Assembly: GCA_964537895.1 (NCBI GenBank)
Contig: CAZIDK010000001.1
Location: 233,338-289,593 of the forward strand
Direction: 5' to 3'
DNA from: an uncultured Gammaproteobacteria bacterium
Lineage (GTDB): Bacteria; Patescibacteriota; Microgenomatia; Levybacterales; UBA12049
DNA: 56,256 nucleotides
Notes under the pieces: model-generated
The model's database searches: none
What the model saw: only the letters and a program-made list of their open reading frames with translations
What the model was told of the DNA's origin: nothing
Part shown: positions 29,822 through 36,669 of the stretch, in pieces
Layout of the letters: each line of letters opens with the position of its first letter
How positions within the stretch are numbered: position 1 is the stretch's first letter
Program-made: the position numbers and the translations under genes

Positions 29822-29886
29822 CCCCATACAAAACTTACTTTCTCCCGAGGTCTACGCCCTCGCGTCGAAGGGGCGTTTATACGGGG
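29822..29886. mobile_element. ~65-bp hairpin element, copy C, between duplicated mutM starts
   Basis: ccccatacaaaa-ctta-ctttc..gaagg-ggcg-tttatacgggg. Confidence 0.8.
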
Positions 29887-29917
29887 CAAGAACAATTAAT
29901 ACGAAAGGAGTAATGCT

Positions 29918-30865
29918 ATGCCCGAGCTACCTGAAGTAGAGACAATAAGGCTTGGTTTGCAAAAATATCTTGTCGGGCATAAGATTGAAAATATTGAGGT
30001 TAGAATTCCTAAAATGTTTGCCGGCAGAAAAGAAGATATTTTAGGAGTAAAAATTACTAATATCAAAAGAATAGGTAAAGGATTAATTATCGAATTTGAT
30101 AATGATTATCTTTTAGCAGTGCATTTTAAAATGACCGGCCAGTTGGTTTTTCGGGATAAAAATACTCAAAACCTGGTTCTTTCCAAAAAAGTTGGGGGCG
30201 ATGTCCTGCCAACAAAGTATTCCCATGTTATTTTCACCTTGGATAAAGGAGCTATGCTTTACTATAACGACCTGCGCCGCTTTGGCTGGGTAAAGATTTT
30301 GAAAAAAGATGAACTGATGAAAATGCCATTTTTTAGCGAAATGGGACCGGAACCCTTCGTCAGCAAAGCTTCCTCAGGGCAAGCCGTTTTAACTCTCGAT
30401 AAGTTTAAATCAATACTTTCAAACTCAAGCGTTGCTGTAAAGCCTCTGATAATGGATCAGAAGAGAATAGGAGGAATAGGTAATATCTACGCCAATGATG
30501 CCTTATTCAAAGCCGGAATTGATCCAAGAAGATCTGCAAAGCAGATTACAAAAGAAGAGGCTAAGAAACTGTACAAGGCAATATTTGATGTTTTAAAAAA
30601 AAGTTTGGAATACGGCGGATCATCGGATGAAAATTTTGTTAATGCGCTTGGACAAGAGGGGGCATATCAAAATCATACCTTAGTTTATGGGAAAAAAGGC
30701 CAAAAATGTCCAAAATGTCATTCGACTCTGAGGGACAAGCCCTCAGGCTCAGATCTTCGATTCCGAGATCACTCAGATTCGAGGAACTCGAAGAGCGGCT
30801 CAATAATTGAAAAGATCCAGCTTGGGGGCCGTGGAACCTTTTTTTGCGAGAAGTGTCAGGGGTAG
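29918..30865 (+). CDS. mutM: Formamidopyrimidine-DNA glycosylase
   Basis: MPELPEVET, HFKMTG, DLRRFG, GIGNIYA, Zn finger CPKC...GRGTFFCEKCQ. Confidence 0.96.
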   Translation: MPELPEVETIRLGLQKYLVGHKIENIEVRIPKMFAGRKEDILGVKITNIKRIGKGLIIEFDNDYLLAVHFKMTGQLVFRDKNTQNLVLSKKVGGDVLPTKYSHVIFTLDKGAMLYYNDLRRFGWVKILKKDELMKMPFFSEMGPEPFVSKASSGQAVLTLDKFKSILSNSSVAVKPLIMDQKRIGGIGNIYANDALFKAGIDPRRSAKQITKEEAKKLYKAIFDVLKKSLEYGGSSDENFVNALGQEGAYQNHTLVYGKKGQKCPKCHSTLRDKPSGSDLRFRDHSDSRNSKSGSIIEKIQLGGRGTFFCEKCQG

Positions 30866-30911
30866 TTAATTAATTATTTGGACTTATGATATAATCTTTT
30901 GAGGTAATAGG

Positions 30912-31637
30912 ATGAAACCTACGGAAATAAAATATAAACGAGTGCTTTTAAAGTTAACAGGGGAACTTTTTGGTGGCGAGGAAGGTAAAAAAGGAATAGA
31001 CTTCACAGAAATAAAAAAAATAGCTACTTATATCCACGAACTTCATGAAGAGACAAAGATAGAATTTGCAATAGTTATTGGAGCAGGTAATTTGTTGCGT
31101 GCTAGAGAGCTTTCGGGAACAAACGTAGATAGGGTTACAGCAGATTATATCGGAATGTTGGGAACCATAATGAACGCACTTGCATTACAAGAGGAGTTGG
31201 AAAAATTAGGAAGCATAACAAGGGTAATGTCATCCTTAAGTGTTCAGACTGTTTGTGAACCTTTTATTAAAAGAAGGGCAATACGTCATTTAGAAAAAGG
31301 TAGAATTGTTATACTTGCAGGAGGAACCGGAAATCCTTTTTTTACAACGGATTCAGCGGCAGCTCTAAAAGCATGTGAACTCAATTGCGAGATACTTCTT
31401 AAAGCTAGTAATATAGACGGAGTTTTTAATATTGATCCTAAAATTGACAAAAGAGCAAAATTATATGAGAGAGTTAGCTTCGAAATAGCTTTAAAAAAGG
31501 GTTTAACTGTTATGGACAATACAGCTTTTTCTCTTTGTCAGCAAGAAAAAATTCCGATTATAGTTTTTAATATTAGTTCATTCGATAATATTGAGAAAAT
31601 TCTTCGCGGAGAAAAAATAGGCACATTAGTTAATTAA
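30912..31637 (+). CDS. pyrH: UMP kinase, bacterial type
   Basis: YKRVLLKLTGE, DYIGMLGT, GTGNPFFTTDSAAAL, VMDNTA. Confidence 0.93.
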   Translation: MKPTEIKYKRVLLKLTGELFGGEEGKKGIDFTEIKKIATYIHELHEETKIEFAIVIGAGNLLRARELSGTNVDRVTADYIGMLGTIMNALALQEELEKLGSITRVMSSLSVQTVCEPFIKRRAIRHLEKGRIVILAGGTGNPFFTTDSAAALKACELNCEILLKASNIDGVFNIDPKIDKRAKLYERVSFEIALKKGLTVMDNTAFSLCQQEKIPIIVFNISSFDNIEKILRGEKIGTLVN

Positions 31638-31725
31638 ACAAAAGCGGTTTAGGATAATAAACATATTTGATTTATTTGACGATTAATGGTAGTATTAACA
31701 TCTAGCACCACGTGCTAGTTTTTTT

Positions 31726-32427
31726 ATGGCTTATACGGAGAAGGTTGTAATGTCCATAGGAGGATCCCTTATCGTTCCAAACGGAGGGATTGACACTAAG
31801 TTTCTTAAGGAACTTAATCAATTTATTAGAAAAGAACTGGCAGAAAATAAAAATCGCCAGTTTTTTTTGATAATTGGGGGAGGGAAAATTGCCAGAAAAT
31901 ATAGAGACGCCGGAAGAGAAGTAATAGGCCACGAGTTAACAAAAGACGATTTGGATTGGTTAGGAATCCACGCAACTAAACTTAACGCGCATCTTGTTCG
32001 CACTATCTTTAGAGACATTGCCCACCCCTATATCATTAAGCATTATGAGATTATCAGAAAAGCCGAAGAGCCGGTTGTTGTGGCCGCCGGCTGGAAGCCC
32101 GGTTGGTCAACTGATTATCCTGCGGTTTTACTTTGCGAAGATTATAATGTAAAAGAAATGATCAATTTAAGTAATGTTGCCCAAGTTTATGACAAAGATC
32201 CAAATAAAAACGAAGACGCAAAGCCGATAAAGAAAATTTCCTGGCAGGATTTTAGAAAACTGGTTGGAGATGAATGGATTCCCGGAATGAATGCTCCTTT
32301 TGATCCAGTTGCATCACAAAAAGCTCAAGAACTTGGTGTTAAAGTGGTAGTTCTATCAGGGCATGATTTTGCTAATTTAGAAAAATATTTTAAAGGCGAA
32401 GAGTTTGTCGGAACTGTGATAGAATAA
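31726..32427 (+). CDS. pyrH: UMP kinase, archaeal-like type
   Basis: SIGGSLIVP, GGGKIARKY, DWLGIHATKLNA, PGWSTD, PGMNAPFDP. Confidence 0.85.
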   Translation: MAYTEKVVMSIGGSLIVPNGGIDTKFLKELNQFIRKELAENKNRQFFLIIGGGKIARKYRDAGREVIGHELTKDDLDWLGIHATKLNAHLVRTIFRDIAHPYIIKHYEIIRKAEEPVVVAAGWKPGWSTDYPAVLLCEDYNVKEMINLSNVAQVYDKDPNKNEDAKPIKKISWQDFRKLVGDEWIPGMNAPFDPVASQKAQELGVKVVVLSGHDFANLEKYFKGEEFVGTVIE

Positions 32428-32431
32428 CCTC

Positions 32432-33547
32432 GTGCTAAAAAGTATTTCCCTTCAAAATTTCAGAAATTACTCACAGGACGAATTCAAATTCAACGGTAAC
32501 ACCACGGTTATTATCGGTCCGAATACCTCCGGCAAAACCAATCTTATTGAGGCTATTTTCTTACTTTCTACGGGAAAAAGTTTTAGAACGGATAAAGATA
32601 TTCAGATGATTTCTTTTAGACAGGATTTGGCAAGAGTCATCGGGAGAGTAGACCCTTCGGTGGATTCGGCAAGCTCACCACAAGCAAGCTCAGGGCAAGC
32701 AGCAAGCCTTGAGGTTGTCATAACCAACGGGCAGCTGGGAGGTAAATCCCCGCAATTTAAAAAGTTTCTGGTAAACGGTGTTGCCAAAAGAAGAGCAGAT
32801 TTTGTAGAAAACTTTCCCGCTGTTTTATTTTCGCCGGAAGACTTAGAAATTATTGTTGATTCCCCATCCCTCCGCAGAAAATTCCTGGACAGCATTTTAG
32901 AGCAGGTTGACAGGGAATATAGGCTGGCTATTGTTTCTTATGCCAAAGGTTTGCGGCAAAGGAACGCGCTTTTGGAAAACACCAGAGAAACAAATATCAG
33001 AAATGAAAAACAGTTTGAGTACTGGGATAATTTGGTAATTGAAAATGGAGATTTAATCACTAAAAAAAGAGAAGAATTTATTAATTTTGTAAATAATGAA
33101 ACCAAAGATATTTTTGATTTTGCCGCTTTTTACGATAAAAGCGTAATTTCCAAGGCTAGACTTTTGCAATACAAAGAAGCGGAAGTTGCCTCCGGGGTAA
33201 CTTTGGTTGGTCCTCATAGAGATGATTTTTCAATTAGTATGTTTAATCCTTCGGCAGGCTCAGGACAAGCAACGACCCACGATGTTAAGTATTTCGGTTC
33301 ACGCGGCCAGCAAAGATTGACAGTTTTACAGCTAAAAATGCTTGAGCTTTTGTTTATTGAAAAAAAATTGGGGCAAAGACCGGTTTTGCTTCTTGATGAT
33401 ATCTTTTCGGAACTAGACGAAAGCCATATAGAGTTAATTTTAGAAATGATAGGACTTCAGCAGACGATTATTACAACAACTCACAAGGAATTTATTCCCG
33501 CTAATGTTTTAAAGAAGATGCAAATCCTGCATTTTTCTAAAGAGTAA
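32432..33547 (+). CDS. recF: DNA replication/repair protein RecF
   Basis: NFRNY, GPNTSGKTN, GPHRDD, SRGQQR, LLLDDIFSELD. Confidence 0.94.
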   Translation: MLKSISLQNFRNYSQDEFKFNGNTTVIIGPNTSGKTNLIEAIFLLSTGKSFRTDKDIQMISFRQDLARVIGRVDPSVDSASSPQASSGQAASLEVVITNGQLGGKSPQFKKFLVNGVAKRRADFVENFPAVLFSPEDLEIIVDSPSLRRKFLDSILEQVDREYRLAIVSYAKGLRQRNALLENTRETNIRNEKQFEYWDNLVIENGDLITKKREEFINFVNNETKDIFDFAAFYDKSVISKARLLQYKEAEVASGVTLVGPHRDDFSISMFNPSAGSGQATTHDVKYFGSRGQQRLTVLQLKMLELLFIEKKLGQRPVLLLDDIFSELDESHIELILEMIGLQQTIITTTHKEFIPANVLKKMQILHFSKE

Positions 33548-33559
33548 CAAAAAGCAGGA
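33525..33559. mobile_element. MITE-like hairpin (YCCTGC...GCAGGR) in the recF 3' end
   Basis: caaa-tcctgc..gcagga-taaa; same ends as 33594-33656 and 44685-44747. Confidence 0.6.
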
Positions 33560-33589
33560 TAAATGATAAAATTAACCAAGGAGGAAAAA

Positions 33590-33660
33590 TAAATCCTGCA
33601 CTTTTATGTTAAAATTTATAAGACTTCATAAGTTCAAGAAGGGAGAAAGTGCAGGGTAAA
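33590..33660. mobile_element. MITE-like element flanked by TAAA duplication
   Basis: taaa-tcctgcacttttatgttaaaattta...ggagaaagtgcaggg-taaa; homologous to 44681-44751. Confidence 0.7.
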
Positions 33661-34529
33661 TGGAAGAATTTAATATTGCCGATTTAAAGAAACTTTATGT
33701 TCCGTTAAAAGATTCTCACAAGGGTCAAAACGGAAAGCTGATGGTTATCGGAGGGTCTGTGCTTTTCCACGCCGCATCGCTCTGGTCACTAGAAATTGCA
33801 TCAAGGATTGTTGATATGGTGTTTTACTCCTCGGTTGATTCGAATAACAAAATTGTTCAGCAAGAAAAGCAGGAATTTAGGGACGGAATTGTAGTTCCAA
33901 GAGATAAAATAGAACATTATATTGACGAAGCAGACGTTGTCTTAATCGGCCCCGGTCTTTCAAGAGAAGAAGGAGTAGAAAAAGGGGATGACGACACAAA
34001 GCTTCTTACGGAAACTCTTTTACAAAAATACAAAAACAAAAAATGGGTCGTGGATGGCGGTTCGTTGCAGGTTATAAAACCGGAAATCTTACCAACTGGT
34101 TCGATTATTACACCTCATCATAAAGAGTTTTCCAAGCTTTTTAATTTTCAATTTTCAATTTCCAATTTCCAATCAAATTCAAATAAACAAATGTCTCAAA
34201 TTCAAAACAAGGTTTCCGAAATGGCTAAGAAATTTAACTGTACTATTTTATTGAAAGGGGAGATTGATGTTATATCGAATGGGGCAAGAACTGTTCAAAT
34301 TTCGGGCGGGAATGCGGGAATGACAAAAGGCGGAACAGGGGATGTTTTGGCAGGTTTGGTTGCTGCTTTGTATTGCAAAAACGATGCGTTTTTGTCGGCA
34401 AGCTGCGGTTCATACATTAACAAAAAGGCAGGAGATGGGCTTTATAAAAAAGTTGGTTTATATTTTAATTCTTCCGATTTGGCTGACGAAATTCCCATTG
34501 TAATGAAAAATCTAATCTTGACAAGCTAA
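33660..34529 (+). CDS. nnrD: ADP-dependent NAD(P)H-hydrate dehydratase (YjeF C-terminal type)
   Basis: SHKGQNG..IGGS, IGPGL, ITPH..EF, LLKG, GGTGDVLAG. Confidence 0.88.
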   Translation: MEEFNIADLKKLYVPLKDSHKGQNGKLMVIGGSVLFHAASLWSLEIASRIVDMVFYSSVDSNNKIVQQEKQEFRDGIVVPRDKIEHYIDEADVVLIGPGLSREEGVEKGDDDTKLLTETLLQKYKNKKWVVDGGSLQVIKPEILPTGSIITPHHKEFSKLFNFQFSISNFQSNSNKQMSQIQNKVSEMAKKFNCTILLKGEIDVISNGARTVQISGGNAGMTKGGTGDVLAGLVAALYCKNDAFLSASCGSYINKKAGDGLYKKVGLYFNSSDLADEIPIVMKNLILTS

Positions 34530-34590
34530 AATGGCGGTGTTATATCAATCTATAGAGAAATTTATTTTATAAAGAGAGGAGGATATATAT

Positions 34591-34794
34591 ATGGGAAGTA
34601 GACAAGAAATAAGGCAAATTATCAATCAGGTAAGAGCCCAAGCAAGGGGAGATTTAGCTAGCGCAGCACCAGTAACCGAAAATACTAGTAGATATGCTTA
34701 TCAAGATAGGCAAAGCCAAGGAATTGTTGATCTCGGAAGAGGCAGAAGGTGTACTAGTGGAGATTTGGCAGGCATAATAGCCTCAAGAAGATAG
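34591..34794 (+). CDS. Small hypothetical protein
   Basis: 67 aa; GAGGAGG RBS and TTGACA upstream. Confidence 0.5.
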   Translation: MGSRQEIRQIINQVRAQARGDLASAAPVTENTSRYAYQDRQSQGIVDLGRGRRCTSGDLAGIIASRR

Positions 34795-34797
34795 AAT

Positions 34798-35073
34798 TTA
34801 TTTTTGTAATTTTTCGGAGAGTTTTGAAAGCTGATAAGTAACAAAAACAGCGAGAACGGTTACTATCAGAGCATAAATTAAAAGAGAAAGTATTCCGCTT
34901 CCACCTGGCAGTAATTTTTTAACATAAGAATTTACAAACTCTTGAATAAGACTGTTCCATGCCAAAGCCGCAACCAAACCAAAACCCGACGTGGCAAGAG
35001 TTAACATCTGTCTTACGAGTTCTATGTGTAGTTTTTTGTCAGTAGCTGTTTCTTTTCGGGAATTCTTCGGCAT
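34798..35073 (-). CDS. Small two-TM protein (DUF5654-like)
   Basis: LATSGFGLVAALAWN..I, YALIVTVLAV. Confidence 0.8.
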   Translation of the reverse strand: MPKNSRKETATDKKLHIELVRQMLTLATSGFGLVAALAWNSLIQEFVNSYVKKLLPGGSGILSLLIYALIVTVLAVFVTYQLSKLSEKLQK

Positions 35074-35088
35074 ATAATGATATAATTA

Positions 35089-35163
35089 TAGCAGAGCAAC
35101 TAGCAACTGGCCAATAGCAATTAGTTAAAACTAGACGCTAGCGGCTGATGGCTAAAGGCTAAA
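35089..35163. repeat. TAGCAAC-type heptamer fold-back
   Basis: agcaact/agcaact/ggccaat/agcaatt then cgctagc/ggctgat/ggctaaa; related to 28825-28902 and 43849-43918. Confidence 0.7.
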
Positions 35164-35165
35164 TT

Positions 35166-36218
35166 ATGTATACTCCTAAGTTTATTATCACTAATAAGAT
35201 TTTAAAAAATATCGGCAGTATTGAAGCCTCAAAGGAAATAATAGATCACGCACCGCTTCTTCCCTATTATGAAAAAGAATTTAAAAAAGACGCAATAGTT
35301 AGAAGCGTCCACTTTGGAACCCACATTGAGGGAAACGAGCTTAATTTATCGCAAGCGGAAAAGGTGCTAAGCGGTCAGGAGATTGCGGCAAGAGACAGGG
35401 ATATTCAGGAGGTTATAAATTACAGAAAAGTAATGGATTATATTGAAAAATCCGAAATTCTAAATTCGAAATCCGAAATCACTGAGGAATTAATAAAACA
35501 CCTACACAAATTAACAGTTGAAAAAATCCTTCCTAAGGAACAGTGCGGGGTTTTCAGAAAAACACAGGTCGTTGTTAAAAATAGTCATACAGGAGAGGTT
35601 TCGTTTAAGCCCCCTATGGCTGTTGCAGTTACTTTTCAGGTAAAAAATCTTTTGGAATTTGTTAATAATTCCGCAGAGGATGACATAAATCCTGTTTTAA
35701 AATCAGGAGCAGTCCATTATGAACTTGTTAAAATTCATCCTTTTTTGGACGGAAACGGACGGGTGGCAAGAGCTTTTGCAACGCTCGTTTTATATAAAGA
35801 AGGCTATGATATCAGAAAATTTTTCTCTTTGGAAGAATATTTCGATTCGGACGCCGGAGCTTATTACGACGCTTTGCAAAGTGTTTCCAAAAGAGAAGGG
35901 GATTTAACAGTTTGGCTTGAGTATTTTTCTTTAGGACTTTCAATAGAGCTTTCTAAAATAAGAGAGAAGGTCGAAAATATCTCAATTGACGCAAAATTAA
36001 AAGAAAAATTGGGCGGAAAACCTTTGCTTTTATCAAACAGGCAGTTAAAAATAATTGAATATATTCAAAAAACAGGGTTTTTGCAAAATCAGGCATTTGA
36101 ACAATTGTTTCCAATGGTCTCCGAAGACACAATTTTAAATGAGCTGAAATCTCTTGTTAAATCGGAAATTGTAAAAAAACACGGCGTAACCAAAGGCGCG
36201 AAATACATAATGGCATGA
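35166..36218 (+). CDS. Fic family protein with C-terminal HTH
   Basis: HPFLDGNGRVAR canonical Fic motif; THIEGN. Confidence 0.92.
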   Translation: MYTPKFIITNKILKNIGSIEASKEIIDHAPLLPYYEKEFKKDAIVRSVHFGTHIEGNELNLSQAEKVLSGQEIAARDRDIQEVINYRKVMDYIEKSEILNSKSEITEELIKHLHKLTVEKILPKEQCGVFRKTQVVVKNSHTGEVSFKPPMAVAVTFQVKNLLEFVNNSAEDDINPVLKSGAVHYELVKIHPFLDGNGRVARAFATLVLYKEGYDIRKFFSLEEYFDSDAGAYYDALQSVSKREGDLTVWLEYFSLGLSIELSKIREKVENISIDAKLKEKLGGKPLLLSNRQLKIIEYIQKTGFLQNQAFEQLFPMVSEDTILNELKSLVKSEIVKKHGVTKGAKYIMA

Positions 36219-36236
36219 AATAATTTTCCTTTGAAT

Positions 36237-36646
36237 CCCCTCCTTGGGGGGAGAGGATTAAGGTGAGGGGATTAAAATGAAAAACTACTTAAAAAAGATA
36301 TCTTTTGCTCGTCAATTAAGACAAAATCAGACTGATGTAGAACAATTATTGTGGAAATACCTAAGAAATCGACGATTTGATGGTGTAAAATTTAGACGTC
36401 AACATCCCATTGATCCATACATTGTTGATTTTATTTGCTTGGAGAAGAAATTAATTATAGAGCTTGATGGTGGAAATCATAATACGGAAGAAGGAAAGAA
36501 AAATGATAAAGAAAGATCACTTTATTTACAAAAGAATAATTATAAACTATTAAGATTTTGGAATAATGAACTTATTACTGATCTGGATGAAGTATTATTA
36601 ATAATTCATCACGCCCTCACCCTGCCCCTCTCCCGAGAGGAGAGGG
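36237..36646. mobile_element. DUF559 endonuclease cassette bounded by inverted palindromic repeats
   Basis: cccctccttggggggagaggattaaggtgagggg (36237-36270) is inverted relative to ccctcaccctgcccctctcccgagaggagaggg (36614-36646). Confidence 0.75.
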
Positions 36647-36669
36647 TTAAGAGGAAGCAAATTTTATGA
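36277..36669 (+). CDS. DUF559 / Vsr-like endonuclease
   Basis: ARQLRQNQT..E..LW, KFRRQHPI..YIVDF, IELDGG.H, LRFWN. Confidence 0.92.
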   Translation: MKNYLKKISFARQLRQNQTDVEQLLWKYLRNRRFDGVKFRRQHPIDPYIVDFICLEKKLIIELDGGNHNTEEGKKNDKERSLYLQKNNYKLLRFWNNELITDLDEVLLIIHHALTLPLSREERVKRKQIL

